Positions 31,911-45,202 of a stretch of DNA of 64,000 bases are shown here, piece after piece. Position 1 is the first letter of the stretch. The number at the start of each line of letters is the position of its first letter. Under the pieces are notes generated by a model that made no database searches, was not told the origin of the DNA, and saw only the letters and a program-made list of their open reading frames with translations. Source of the DNA: Saprolegnia diclina VS20 (lineage: Eukaryota). Where the stretch lies: contig NW_008246095.1 in NCBI RefSeq assembly GCF_000281045.1, positions 299,087 to 363,086 of the forward strand. The letters are read 5' to 3'. The position numbers were made by a program, and so were the translations under genes.

Positions 31911-34900
31911 ATGTACTTTGTCGACGCCCGCAGCGAGGCCGACGACGTTAACGCCAACGACCGGCGGCGACCGATCGCTGCGAAGCGTCAGCGCCGAGAG
32001 GCGCCGCGTGGCCTCGTGCCAGGGCAGCTTCGGAGCCTCGAGCCGGCCGCGCGCCGTCTGCCCAAACCGCAAGCGGTCATTCGACACGAGCCGATCGACT
32101 ACCTCGCGCTGCGACGAACAAGTTCGAGCACACAAGCGCTCTTGCGCAACCGCGAGCTGGTGCGCGAGATCCTCGCCCCGGCCTCGCCCGAGAAGAAGCC
32201 AATCGTCGCTCCACCCTCGATCCACGACCGCGTTGCCGCCTTGGCCGCCGCATCTTTCCATATGCAAGACGCCGTGGCACCTGTCGTCTACGCCCCCGAC
32301 GACGATCCGACGACCGTCTCCTTGCGCGATGCCCAGGTCGCCCGCGCCACAAAGGCCCTCGCGGCTCTGCGTGTCGAGCGTGCGCAGCTCACTGCGGCGT
32401 GCGAGAGCGATACGCAGCAGATTCAAAGCGTCCTCAACGACGTCCGCGCCAACATCTCGAGCATGTACATGTTTACACCCACCTTTCGCATTTGGACGCG
32501 CACCAAGACACAGTCGGCGCTCGAGCGCTGGGTCACGTACGGCAACGACCATGTTTCGTGTTTGGAGCACGGCCAGATGAGCTTGTAATCTAGGTACACG
32601 GCGTGGCGCCGGGCCGAGGCCGCGCAGCTACAGCAGCTCACGCACTTTGCCGTACCGATCCAACGCGCGTTTCGTGCGCGGCGGCAGGCACTACAAGGCC
32701 GCGTCGACCGCCGCGCGCTCCGCGCTGCCCAGTGGTGGGCCGCCGTAAGAATGCCGTCGTCCTGCGCGGTCGCTCATGATGCATGGCGCATTCTGTGTAG
32801 GTGACGATCCAGGCGTGGCTGCGACGACACATTGCGCGGACTGAGGTCCAGCGTCGACGCGAATCGCAGGTTGCTGTCGCGTTGCAGGCGGGGTGGCGCG
32901 GCCGCGACGGTCGACGGCGTGTGCGGCACCTTTTGCGCGACAAACTGCGCGCGCTCTTGCGGTAGGCTGCCACGTCATATGACGTGGCAAACGGAGGCGG
33001 TAGGCACTTGTCGCCGCTGGGCACGCTGCATCGCTTGGCCTACATTTATCACGGCAACATGCGCGGTGCCGTCGCTCGGCTTCTCTCGTTGGCTGAAGAC
33101 ACACGCGTTGATATGGACCCGATGCTGGCGACGACGCCGCTGGCACCAGTAACCATTCGCCGCTTGCACGATGCCGTGTACGAGCTCCAAGCCCTTGTCG
33201 TGAGCCGCCAAGCCGAGATTGCGCAAGCCCAGCGCCACTACGCTCTCCAGCGCGCACTGCGTCTCACGCGCGTGCGCGCGGACGACGCGGCGCACAAGTC
33301 GACGCTGCTGGCCGAGGCCATGGCCCGTCATTTTCGAGCGAACGAGCGCCTCCTCATGTACCTAGACTCCTCGCATCTCCGTGGTTGCAACTGCGTGTAG
33401 GTACAAGGAGGAGATGGACGCCAAGGAACGTCGGCGCGCCGAGCAGCATGCGGCGGGGACCGCCCTCTACCGCCAAATTTTGCTCGAGCGCCGCGAAGAA
33501 GACGAGAGCTGCCTTGCCATGCACATCCAGGAGATGGAAACGCGCCACTACATTGCAGAAGACGTGCGTGCGCATCATCGACACAGCGCACTCATGGGGT
33601 ATGTAGCGCTGGCGGTCGGCCGACAAACGTCGTCGCCTCGGCGAACTCGACAAGGTGGAGGCGTGGCAGCGCGCGCAGGACGATGCCGCCGCTGCGCGCA
33701 CCAAAGTGCTCGCGAACGAACTCGTGGCGCATCAAGCCACGGTGCACGCGGCTGCTACGCACGAACGCATCGAGCGTGACCAAGCATGGCTTGCCAAATC
33801 CAAGGTGCCACCACAGCTCCCTTCGTGCAACGATTGTGTGAGCCGGGGACTAGGACGATGCGGTGATCCAGCAGGCTCGGATGGCGGCGCGAGAGGCGGC
33901 CAGAGCTGCGGAAAAGGCACAGCGCAAAGCGCGCAAGCTGCAAGCAATCCAAGCACAGCAGCAGCGGTGCGGCAAGAACGTTGTATTTGAGTGCGTCACG
34001 TCTGCACGGTCTAGAGCCCGCGAGTTGGCCGCGGCCAGGGCCATCAAGCACCAGGAGCTGGCCGCCGAAGAGGCGGCGCGAGACCGCATGCTTGCCGAAG
34101 ACATGTACAACCAAGTTGCTAATGGTCTATAACCACCGATGCAATGTACTCAGGTGCATGCGTCGACTGATCACCGAGCAGAAAAAACAGCTCGAAGCCC
34201 AGCTCTGGGCGGCCCAGCGCGCAGCTGCGCAGCGAGCCAAGCCAGATCCGCTCGCCCTCGACCCCGCGGTCTTGCCGCTGCGACAGACAATCGAGCGAGA
34301 GCGCCGCGCTCGGCTCGCGTACGCTGCATAAACGCTGCATCCGATGGTCATCATGAGCTGTAGAATGGACGCAGAAGAAGCTGCGATGCGTCGTGTGATG
34401 CACGCCGACGCCAAGGCGGCGTATCTAGCGGCCGCGCGGCTTCGCAAGCGACAGCTGGACGCGGACGCGCGCGCCGAAGCGAAAGAGCTCATGGCCATGG
34501 CCGACGAAGAAGCGCTCGAGCAGCGACGGCTCGCTGCCGTGCGCAAGGCCGACGAATATGCAGCGACGCTGCGGGCGATGCAAGCGGCCGACGAAGGTAC
34601 CATGCTCGCTTCAACCTCTGCTTTCATGGCGGTGCAGCGTACAACAAGAAGCTCGCGGACCGCCTCTTTGAAGCCCGGTCGCGCAAGCTCATGCACAACG
34701 AGGAGATGCGTCTTCGGCGCCTGCTCCGTGAACTGCGCATCCGAGAAGAGTACCACGAGCGCAAAGAGCGTCGCAAGATGCAGGCGGAAGAGGCACATAT
34801 GCGCCAGCACGTCGCCGACGTCGAGAAGCGCCGGCTCAAGCGGCTTGAATGGACGCGGCGGGCCGAGATGTGCGTCGAAGACATTCGTAGTCACCAAGTG

Positions 34901-36605
34901 CGCGACCTCGAAGCGTGGGGGTTGCAAATCGGGCTTGCGTTCTGGCGACCACTCGAAGAAAAGACGCTGCAGGCCTACGTCATCGCGTACCCGACGCTCC
35001 TGCGCTGGAACATTCAGTTTATCCACTTGGTGACGGGTGTTCGCGGGGACCCCCCGTGGAAAAAAGTGACGTGGACGCCGTGTACGCTGCAGCTTGAAAA
35101 CACTTATAGTCTGTCTGACAAAACGCCTTGTAGTGGTCGCGCCGGAAGCGGTGCATGCTTCTTTAACCCACGCGCAAGAGCGTTGGCAGCGTCTTCGGTA
35201 GCACCCCTCTCTTCTTATCCGTCGGCGACGGAGCTGTAATGCGATTAGACAATCGTACCTGCCACGAATCGAGGCCGCACGCCTCGCCACGCAAGGCTAC
35301 GTGTGCCTCAGTGCCGGCGACCTTGACAAAGGTGCTTTTGCATCATCGTCACGAGCACGACAACCGCAGCGAACGATACATATGTAGCGCAAAGTAAACT
35401 CCGGGCAGCGTACGAGGCTGGCTACAAGGGCGCGCAGGTAGTGCGTGCGATCGCCAAGTGCTACGTGCAGCTCTACGAGCGCCATTGCCGCGACCATGAC
35501 ATCCGCATGGGCCGCGTGTGGTACACGCAGGCCAGCAAGCACGTTGAGCTTTCCATGTCGCCTTCGTTTCTCGTCGAATATGCTCAAGTAAAGACTCTAG
35601 CAGAAAATGAATATGCCACAGGACATTTAGGCTCTCTATCTCGCTGGGGCCCTTCAACATGCCGCCGAGGTCCTCGCGACGGTACAGTCCTCTGCCTCTA
35701 CCATCAAGTGCAATATGGGGTGAGTGCAGGTCATTTCCGGCTTTCCGACCTTCGAGCAGCTCCCCCGTGTCATCTTTCGTGCGGCAATGCTCTTGTGGTC
35801 GCTCGAGCTCTACGACCAGAGCAAGGACTACCTCGTGTACCTCCTCGAGGCGCCGCCGCCGCCGTGGACCGACGCCGAGCTCCTCTTTCTCATTGGCCGC
35901 CTCTACACGCTCGAGAACGACCCGCGCCAAGCGGCGTTGGCGTTTGACGATGCGTACCGCCGCTGGAAAGTGCAGTGGGCCTTCTCCGGTCGCCAGCTGC
36001 AGTTTGGATCGACCAAAGTGTGGCTCACGCACGCTACTGTGTGGCGCGACCTCGCTTCGAAAGCGCTTCGCCACCGCGAATATGTGCTCGCAAAAGACTT
36101 GTTTCAGCAAACCATCAAGCGCCGTGTGCGCGAAGCGCAACAGGGCGACGAAGACGCGAGTACGACCAGTGACGTCGATGCGTGGTCGCTCGATTGGTTC
36201 CACCTCGCGCAGAGCCACACGGGGCTCTGCGACAAGGCCAGTGCCGCGACCGCCGTCAAGCACTGGCTCACGCAACACCCGTACATGGACCAGCTCCTGA
36301 CCAAGTGCCAAGCGTGGTCGGCCTCCCATTGGGCGCACATTGGACTCGCGCTGCGCGACGACTACCGCCACGTGCACGCCGTCACAGACGTGACGCGATC
36401 TGAGAACGTCATCACCAAAGTGCCGCTGCACGAGAAGCGGCTCAAGCAATTGTGGCAGCGACACAAAAAGGTCCAGCAGCCCAAGAAGGCCAAGCGGACG
36501 ACCGCCGAGTTGCGCGAGTGGCGCGCGGTGACCGACCCCAACACCCACCGCACGTTTTACGTGCACGCGACGACGTTGGCGATCTCATGGGACAAGCCAA
36601 TCTAG
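31911..36605 (+). CDS. Large multi-exon protein (possibly two genes): IQ motifs, long E/R/A-rich coiled coil, TPR-like repeats, C-terminal WW domain
   Basis: IQRAFRARR and TIQAWLRRH IQ motifs. Charged helical exons at about 33400-34920. TPR-like LLFLIGRLY...AALAFDDAY. WW EWRAVTDPNTHRTFYVHATTLAISWDKP. Linkage across 35000-35300 is uncertain. Confidence 0.65.
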
Positions 36606-36621
36606 TTCTTATTGCTGCTGC

Positions 36622-37807
36622 TTAGTCAAAGACCTTGGTCGCATGCGACTTGACCGTCGCAAGGACGTGGGCTTGGAGCTTGGCCACGATCGGACACGGC
36701 GGAAAGGTGATGTCGCCGGCGTCGTAGATGAGATGCTGGATCGGCAGCACAAAGCGCGACGTGCTTGTCAAGAAGGCACCCGACCAGCGCGGCGCGTCAT
36801 CCATGTGTGGCGGTGTCAAGCGCACGGGAATCGAGAGCGCGTCACAGGCCTCGAGCACGAGGTCGCGCATCGTGCCCTTGAGAATTCCGTCGTCGGCTGT
36901 CACAAGCGTCTCGTCCTAGTTACACAATGGGATGGTCTCGGTCATGGACGAGTTGGCAGTACTTGGACAACAAAAAAGTTCGATTGCGACGCTTCGTACA
37001 AGAGACGCGTGGACGGCTCCATGAGCACGAGCTCTTCCGTGTCGGGGCGCATGGCATCGTAGAGCGCTTGGCGATCTTTGGCCCACTGCAGATCCTTGAC
37101 CTACTTGCATCGACAGGAGACTTGCAGGCGCCGCAAGAGGGCGTACCAGGGGGTTCTTACGCGGCGTCCCCGCGACCTCGACCTGGATGTACTTGCCGTC
37201 CTTGGAGCCCATGAGCCCAATGTGGCACAACACATCGCCTTTGCCCTACGTGTACATACATAAGTATTGTTGTGTGGGTATGCATCGAGATGCATACCGG
37301 TTCCTGGATGACTTGGGACATCGAGGTTGCATCGGGGCTTGGCTGCATGACCAGCGTCAGCTTGTACTCTTGGTGCGGCGGGAACGCATTGTCGCGCTGC
37401 AAGTCTTGCATGGCGGCACGCAGCGTTGAGAGCACGCGCGGCTTGATCACTACAGCGCAGAATATGAGCTGGCAGCGCTTGGGCAGGATCGCATATACGC
37501 TTGACGAGCTCGTCGTCAGATGCGTCCTTGACAATGCCGGGCGTAGGCTGCACTACAAATACAAGAACGATGACAAGGCGTAGCCATAGGCGAACGGACC
37601 GAGGCGCTTCAGATGGCTCTCGAGAGCAAACACAAACTTGGACTGGACGGTGCGGGCGCCGCTGTACACGCCTAGCCGTAGCCAGTGAGGTGTCGCCCAG
37701 AACGGCCATGCTTGCATACCCTTGGGGCAGGCGAGAATGAAGGCCGAGCCGTCCTTCTCGCATGGGATCGCGACGCCGTTCTTGGCGGCGGCCATCACTC
37801 GGCGCAT
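36622..37807 (-). CDS. Class IV PLP-dependent aminotransferase-like protein, multi-exon
   Basis: YEASQSNFFVV, GILKGTMRDLVLEAC, AFLTSTSRFVLPI, PRKNPLV motifs of fold type IV. Start 37807 or 37795. Confidence 0.85.
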
Positions 37808-37980
37808 CCTGTTCGATCCTTCGGGGTACTTCCCAAACTGCGACCATGTTTCAAACCGCTCGTGTTGCATTCCGTTTTAAACATGTGTTTAGAACAGTTG
37901 AATAAAACGTCCTTATCCGGTATCTGTACGGATACCAGGACTTCTTCACAATCCGAATCGGCAGCAGAAGCAGGAGCAGC

Positions 37981-38865
37981 ATGCCAGACGCGACGGCCTA
38001 CTCCACCCTTGGCCTGCGCGTGGTCGTCGGCGTTCTCGTCGGCTTTGCCGCAGCCCGGCGCGGTCTCAAGAAGAAGTCGCTCGATCGCTCCGGCGCCATC
38101 GCTGCCTTCCTCGTCGGCGCCATCTCCATGGCCTGCGGCTACCGCTTTGGCATCCTCCTCCTTGGTTTCTACTTTTCGGGCTCCAAGCTCACGACGTTCC
38201 AAGAGGCACAGAAGGCCACCTTGGACGCCTCTGTCAAGGAAGGGGGACAGCGCAGCGCGCGCCAAGTCCTTGCCTGCAGCCTCCTCGCGTGCATCGTCTG
38301 CATCGTCTACGCCATCCTCTACCTCGACGACGCCCCGCTGAATGCGTCGGCACGACCGACTGCTACGTTCCTCTGGGGCTGCTACATTGGGCACTATGCG
38401 TGCTGCGCCGCAGATACGTGGGCGTCGGAGCTTGGTGTGCTTGCACCAGGCGCGCCAATCCTCATCACCAACTGGTGCAAGCGTGTGCCTCCGGGCACGA
38501 ACGGCGGCGTCTCGTTCGTAGGCACTCTCGCGTCAGCGGCCGGTGGCGCGTTTATCGGGCTCCTCTTCTACGTCTACGGCGCTATCTTCTTGGCATCGTC
38601 CAGCGTGCCCCAATGGCCGGCGATTCCGTTTGGTCTTTGCATGGGCGTGCTCGGATCTGTCTTGGACTCGGTGCTTGGCGCGACGGTCCAGATCACGTGG
38701 TACGACGAGTCGGCGCAAAAGATCGTGTCAGCACCAGCAACGCACGAGCCTTTCGCCTATCGGCACGTGTGCGGCTACGATGTCCTCTCGAACGAGCAGG
38801 TGAACCTCGTCTCGGTCGCACTTACGACGCTTGGCAGTGGGTATCTTGCCCAGTACTTCTTTTAA
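37981..38865 (+). CDS. TMEM19: TMEM19/DUF92 family membrane protein
   Basis: SLDRSGA, KEGGQRSARQV, ADTWASELG, VPPGTNGGVS, GSVLDSVLGATVQ, LSNEQVN. Intronless and hydrophobic. Confidence 0.93.
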   Translation: MPDATAYSTLGLRVVVGVLVGFAAARRGLKKKSLDRSGAIAAFLVGAISMACGYRFGILLLGFYFSGSKLTTFQEAQKATLDASVKEGGQRSARQVLACSLLACIVCIVYAILYLDDAPLNASARPTATFLWGCYIGHYACCAADTWASELGVLAPGAPILITNWCKRVPPGTNGGVSFVGTLASAAGGAFIGLLFYVYGAIFLASSSVPQWPAIPFGLCMGVLGSVLDSVLGATVQITWYDESAQKIVSAPATHEPFAYRHVCGYDVLSNEQVNLVSVALTTLGSGYLAQYFF

Positions 38866-39778
38866 GGTCATAATAAAGAACCGACTGCTGCAGAGCTGGA
38901 TGTAGTAGCTCGTTCAAGTCCACCTCGTTGTCGAATCGATCACGCGTGGAGGGCTCATGCCAACGACACCAACATAACCGTGTATATGCGTGCTTGCGTG
39001 TGCAGCAGGAACGTTCGTGACCGTCGTCAGCACTGATCGTCCGTTGCCACAGCCGCTCGCATGAGCCCATTTCCCAGCCAGCACCTGCGCCATTGTACGC
39101 TTTGCAGCAAACTTGTTCATGCGCATTTTCGATGCCAAGATATCCCGGGTATACAAGAGCTTTGAACTGTTAGCTTCACATGGCGAGAGCGCTCGTGAGT
39201 CCACGCTGATGGGCAGCATCCGACTCCCAACTTCAACATCAACCGTGCTCACCGCTCCACCGGGCGGGATCTCACGCGCAAAAAACGCAGCAAGAGACCG
39301 CCAAAGTACACGTTGAGCAGGTGGTATTTGCATCAAAAGTCAAATAATCAGTGATCTAACTAGCATTGAACCAACGACGCTTCTGCAAAGCCACCACAAG
39401 GACACTAGGATGACGACACTGCTTGAGAAAGTAGCAAGTACAGTGGTAGCCGTATGTCTATTAAGCACGACTTGTCTACGTATACATCGTCTGAAGGACA
39501 ACTACATGTCCTTACTTCCTCCGCCTGCCTCCGCCGCCTCGTGTGCGGTTGGCTTCAAGCGCCATTTCCCTCCACTTTTTTAATGCTTTGCACCCAATAT
39601 ATTATTGCAACAATCAAATCGCCATACAAATATGGAGTTCAACGCACGACATAATAAAGAACGACCACCCGCGCTAAAGATATAAGTTCAACATGAACGC
39701 GCCAATCAGCGGCCAGCGAAGGTGGCCAGCCCGTTTCGTCATCATTGGATCTTGGCCGTCGGCAGCAAGCGGAGTGGC

Positions 39779-42274
39779 ATGGCGCGGCCCCATGAGCAGA
39801 CGCTCTTGAAGCGGTCCGCCGTCTACTACATGCGCTTCTGGCTCTACATCACGGGCCTCCAGGTAGACCTGCATGCGCATGAAGCCGCTGCTTAACGAGG
39901 TACAATCGCGTAGTCGCAAGCCACCCTATGGCGCAACTTGGTTCTCGACTGGCGCTTCCGCGGCTCGACCAAGGAAGGCCTGTACGTGCTTACGCGCAAC
40001 CTATTGCATCTGCTGTGGCGCTCGGTGCGCCTTCTCATGGTCCCGGATGTCTTCTTCCGGTACTTTGTCGCGACCTTTTCGCTGCAAATGCTCTTTGAGC
40101 TCTGGCAGCTCGTCAAGCAGCAGCTCGTCAAGCTCTGGCTGCAAACGTCCGCCAAAGGCCGCCGGAGCCTCAAGCTGCGCACGGCGCTCGCAAAGGCCAA
40201 GACGCTCTCGGAGCGGCAGACCATTGGGTCGGAGCTCGACGTCATCGAGGGCCATGACAAGTGGCGCAAGGACCCGTCCGCCGGGCTCTTCCACTACGAA
40301 CGCGTCCAGAAGAAGATCGCCATGTACCGCCGCCTCATCGCCGAGAAGGATGTGCTTGGCATTATGTTTTCGCTGCGCGCAGGGCTCTTGCGCAAGCACT
40401 GGGGCCTCGGGAACCCCGCGCTGTACGACGTGAGCTACAGTACGTCCTACATGTTTGAATTTGACGATCTCACGCCGCCGTGTCTAGTTGGCACCAAGCA
40501 CCTCGTGGACGAGTACTTGGACACGATCCTCGAGTCGATGGATCTCGTCTTGCGGGCCAAGGGCACCGAGTCGACGATCGGGTCTGCCGACGACGTGAGC
40601 AAGCAAGAGCTCAGCATCGACAACAAGCTCGCGTTCTTCAGCGAGACTCGCCATGCGTATGGGCGGTCGGCGCTCATGCTCAGTGGCGGCGGCGGCCTTG
40701 GCTTGTACCACTCGGGCATCATCAAGACGCTCGTGGACGAAGACATTCTGCCGACCGTCATCTCGGGCGCGTCCGCCGGCTCGATTGTCGCGGGCTGCGT
40801 CGGCGTGCGCACGGACGACGAGCTCCAAGATGTATAATGTGTGTCGTGAGGCCAAGGACTTATGGATATGTGTAGCTCTTTACGACCGAAGCCCTCAACC
40901 TCCGCTTCTTTGGCACCAACGTCACGGCCAAGGACGTTGCGCAGTACACGCCGTCGTGGCTCGCAGCGCTGGAAGACGTGCTGCCCACGCAGGCCTTCCG
41001 CAATGTGCAGGAAGGGTACGTCGTCGCGGCGCGCTTCCTCGACAAGGGCTACATCCTCGACAATGCCATTTTGAAGGAGTGTCTCCAAACCAACATGGGG
41101 GACTTTACGTTCCGTGAGGCGTACGACCGAACCGGCCGCATCATCAACATCACGGTCACGCCGTCCCAGTCCACGTACGAAACCCATATCTTAGCGTGTG
41201 GAAATCGTCTAATGGTGTCGCGGTGTAGGGACTACCCGCAGCTGCTCAACTACCTCACGGCGCCCAACGTACTCGTGTGGTCGGCGTCCCTTGCGTCCTG
41301 TGCGATTCCGCTCATCTTTGCTCCCGTGGAGCTGCTCGGCAAAGACCAAGTACGCTTCCTAGTACTGGTCGACTGCCTATCTCACTATCTTTTGACGTAG
41401 CATGGCAATATCGTGCCCGTGTACCGAGAAGGCCTCAAGTGGAGCGATGGCAGGTATATATATTCTCTCGTATCTGGATGGACGTAATGGTTGGGATAGT
41501 GTCGAGTGCGATTTGCCCATGGAGCGGTTGAGTGAGCTCTTCAACGTCAACCACTTTATCGTGAGCCAAGTCAACATCCACTACAAGTTCATTTCCGGCT
41601 ATGCGTCGCTCGGTGGCGGCGACATTCTCGGCTTTCTCAAGAAGCAGATGAAGGCGTACATCAAGAACATTGCCGAGTTTGGGCTCAACACGTCGGTGCT
41701 CAAATTTTTCGGCATCGGTCTCGTGCCCTTATTGACGCAGGTACGATGTTTGCATTTCCGAGGCTAGATTATCGCATCGGCTTTTGGTTAGACATACGAA
41801 GGCGACGTGACGATCCCGCTCGCGTCGCAAGTGTCGTTCCACGAGATGTGCAAGCGCGTGCTCGTGAACCCGTCTCGGCGCGAGTTTGACTCGCTCGTGC
41901 TCTCGGGCGAGCGCGCGACGTGGCCCCATCTCTCGCGCATCCAGACCATGTGCCGCATCGAGTATGCGTTGGAGCGCGCCGTGCGCTACTTGCGCGGCGA
42001 ACAAGCGATCGAAGACGAGAAGCGCACGGGCGTGAGCAGCCTCGGCCGCGTCCCGTCCTTTTACACGTCGTCGAGCTCGATGAACCTCACGGGGCTCCTG
42101 CCGCGCAAGCCGAGTGGCGGCCAGCTCAAGGACCCCAGCCCCAACGGTACCAAGTCGGTGATTCGCCGCAACAAGTCGGTCAACGTTGCAGGCGCCGTCA
42201 TGACGATGGAATCGAGCTTTAGCTCGTTTGGGCGCGCATCCAACAGCAGCCTCGCCGACGCCAGCACGTCCTAG
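39779..42274 (+). CDS. Patatin-like triacylglycerol lipase (SDP1/TGL3-5 type), multi-exon
   Basis: RHAYGRSALMLSGGGGLG oxyanion loop, GASAG nucleophile, TFREAYDRTGRIINI, LLNYLTAPNV, WSDG, LFNVNHFIVSQ. First intron ends at 39913. Confidence 0.93.
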
Positions 42275-43213
42275 ATCCCCTGGTGCGGTACTACGTCATA
42301 GTACATAGAGGAAGACACCTTTTTCCATCCGGAATGCTACGTGGCCCGCAACATCCTTGATGCGTTCGTCTTGGTCAAGCAGAAGAGGCATGCATGATTG
42401 TACAACACATCAAGGTGAGGGTGAGAAGTTGAGCCGAAATGACTCGACGCACCGTACACCCACCGAACGACGCAGCGGCCAAAGCGGCGCGGCTGGCGAA
42501 GGACCGACGCGCCAAGGAAACCGATGTGGGATCTATGCTTGACTTGGACGATACAAGTCAGAGCTCTCGTCTGTCGCCCTGACGCAAGTGCGTGGGGAGA
42601 AGAGCGAGCTTCGTGTTGGGAGGCTGCCCAAGAAGGGACTGGTGGGCGGGTTAAAAGGAGTAGCTAAGGTGAGCGTGCTGCTTGGAGGCGACTTCTTTGG
42701 AAACGAGCTTGAACCGACGCTGACAGTTGCCGCCTTGCTAAAACGGTGGTTCGGGCAACTGCTGGAGATGGAGATGGAGATGGCCTTGCTTGGCCAATAA
42801 CACTGCTTCACGCGTGCCGCATGAGACTAGGCCTACAAGCACCAGCGACCTTGCCGTTGGATCTGCACGTCCATGGACTATATATGCATGGCATGCAGGT
42901 CCAACACTGCTCGGCTCTAGTACGAACCCTACATGCGTGCGATCACGCTCCGAGAGGACTCGACGAGGTCTCGCATGTACGAGTCGTACTGGTGCCTATG
43001 AGTGCTGGAGAGGACCTTTACGCCATCCATAGTCCATGGACGGCAGTTCTTGACGGCCAGTTTATATCGATAATACCAAATCTATCTATCCAACGTTCTA
43101 TCCAACTATGTATCTACCTATCTAGGTATCGATCGATCCTTGCAGAACGGTTGAACCTGAAATAGGAACATCGTAGTGAGCGGAGGTGCGAAACCGCAAG
43201 ATACAAATCTACC

Positions 43214-44276
43214 ATGAGCGACGACGAAGGGGCACCGCGCCTCCAGGCGTTCTGCAGCCGCTTTGGCATCGAGGTCGAAGACGACGACGACGACGTCGAG
43301 GAGCTCGACCTCTCGGAGAAAGAGCTCTCGGAGCTGCCGCCCGACCTCTTTGAGATTGAAGCGTTCTGCGACGCGCTCAAGACGCTGTGCCTCGAGCGCA
43401 ACCAGCTGCGCACGCTGCCGGACGCGCTCGGCAACCTCCGCGCCGTCACGGAGCTCTACCTCCGCGAGAACCAACTGACGTCGCTGCCGTCCTCGATCGG
43501 CGACCTCAAAGAACTCGACTCGCTGTATCTCGAAGACAACCAGCTCACGGTGGAGGGCATTCCGGACGCCATGCGCACGCTCTCGCAGCTCAAGGGCCTC
43601 TGCTTGCACCGCAATCGCCTGACGGTGCGCACGCTCCTCGCATGATGGGGGTGTCACGAGCCCAAATTGTAGGCGGTGCCGCTCTCGCTGCTCGCACTCA
43701 CGTCCTTGGAAGAGCTCTACCTGGACAACAACCAGATTGAGAGCCTCCCGGACGAGATCGGCCAGCTCGTGCATCTCCGCGAGCTCGATATGCCGGGCAA
43801 TCGACTTACGAGCCTGCCGAAATCGTTTGTCCAGCTCACAAAGCTCGAGATTTTGCACATGGAAGGTCGTCTCTGTCCATATAGCAAGGTGGGTAACGAG
43901 GACGTCGGCTGTAGGCAACTGCCTCGAGACGCTGCCGAAAGGACTCGGCGGTCTCGTCTCGCTGCGCAAGATCTACTTGCAGGACAATGCGATCACGAAG
44001 CTCCACGCGTCCCTCGGCCGCTGCACCAAGATGGAGGTCATCAACATAGAAAACAACAAACTCACCAAAGTCGCCAAGCGCATTGGCGACCTGCCCAAGC
44101 TCAAGCACCTCTTGCTCGCGAGCAACAACATTGAGACGCTGCCGTTCAACCCTTACGAGAAGGCGCCCGGCCTCCGACGACTCACGCTCAGCGGCAACAA
44201 GCTCTCGCCCGACATCCTCAAGCTCGAACACCACGTGCCGTCGGACGCGGCGATTGCAGAAGGCGACGACGAGTGA
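43214..44276 (+). CDS. Leucine-rich-repeat protein (LxxLxLxxNxLxxLP type), 2 introns
   Basis: About 11 repeats of roughly 23 aa across three ORF segments. The stop codon lies 2 nt before the gap. Confidence 0.9.
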
Positions 44277-44278
44277 CA

Positions 44279-44553
44279 NNNNNNNNNNNNNNNNNNNNNN
44301 NNNNNNNNNNNNNNNNNNNNNNNNNNNNNNNNNNNNNNNNNNNNNNNNNNNNNNNNNNNNNNNNNNNNNNNNNNNNNNNNNNNNNNNNNNNNNNNNNNNN
44401 NNNNNNNNNNNNNNNNNNNNNNNNNNNNNNNNNNNNNNNNNNNNNNNNNNNNNNNNNNNNNNNNNNNNNNNNNNNNNNNNNNNNNNNNNNNNNNNNNNNN
44501 NNNNNNNNNNNNNNNNNNNNNNNNNNNNNNNNNNNNNNNNNNNNNNNNNNNNN
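44279..44553. other. Assembly gap (275 N)
   Basis: Run of N. Confidence 1.
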
Positions 44554-44581
44554 GGTGGAGGAAGACGTGACCTCTATTCGA

Positions 44582-45202
44582 CTAGGTGAAGAACGAGCAC
44601 GTGTCGAGGTCCGTTTTGATCGGCGACAGCAGCGGCTCGCGCTTGAAGCCTGGAAATATATCGGACTTGCGCACGTCTTCGTAGAGGGGCGGGTTGCTGC
44701 TGCTGCTCTTGTTGTTGTTGTTGGTGGTGCTCGGAAAGGAGGGCGCCGGCTGGGTGCCCTTCTCCGTCATCTCGCGCTGCTGTGCCACCTACAGACGCTG
44801 GAGTCTCTACATGCACTGAACCGTGTCGTACGAGGTAGTTGAACGCTAAGATCTGCTCCTTGAGCTGCAAATGCGCCGTGTAGGCGTGAAAAAACGACGG
44901 GTTTTGCTCCTCGAGCTTTTGCCACACGGTGCGCGTAAACGTCGGGTCGACGTTGGCTTGCGTCTACGTATTCGTACTATGAGCTTGTCGCGATGACGCG
45001 GCCATCAGTAGTTGCCTGGAGCGTCGCAATGATGTCGGCCTACACACGCAAACGATGGCCGAGATCGAGTTGCGATACAGCGTACCTGGGACATGCACTG
45101 CTGGAGGCACCGCTCGATGAGGTTCTGCACGCGGAGGATCTCGTTCCAGTTGAACGTGCCGGCGTCCTTGGCCGGCGGCGTCGACTGGGGAGCGTCGGCC
45201 AT
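44582..45202 (-). CDS. TIGR01589/A_thal_3526-type uncharacterised protein, multi-exon; 3' end uncertain next to the gap
   Basis: Spliced RVQNLIERCLQQCMSQ...QANVDPTFTRTVWQKLEEQNPSFFHAY...LKEQILAFNYL matches the recalled family consensus. Confidence 0.8.

Noticed and set aside
38914..39336. 140-aa minus-strand ORF downstream of TMEM19
   Set aside because: No recognisable motif and atypical codon usage.
43060..43140. TATC/CTAT-rich low-complexity tract upstream of the LRR gene
   Set aside because: Degenerate microsatellite-like sequence with no evidence of function.
44083..44842. ORFs spanning the N-run
   Set aside because: Artefacts of translating through the assembly gap.
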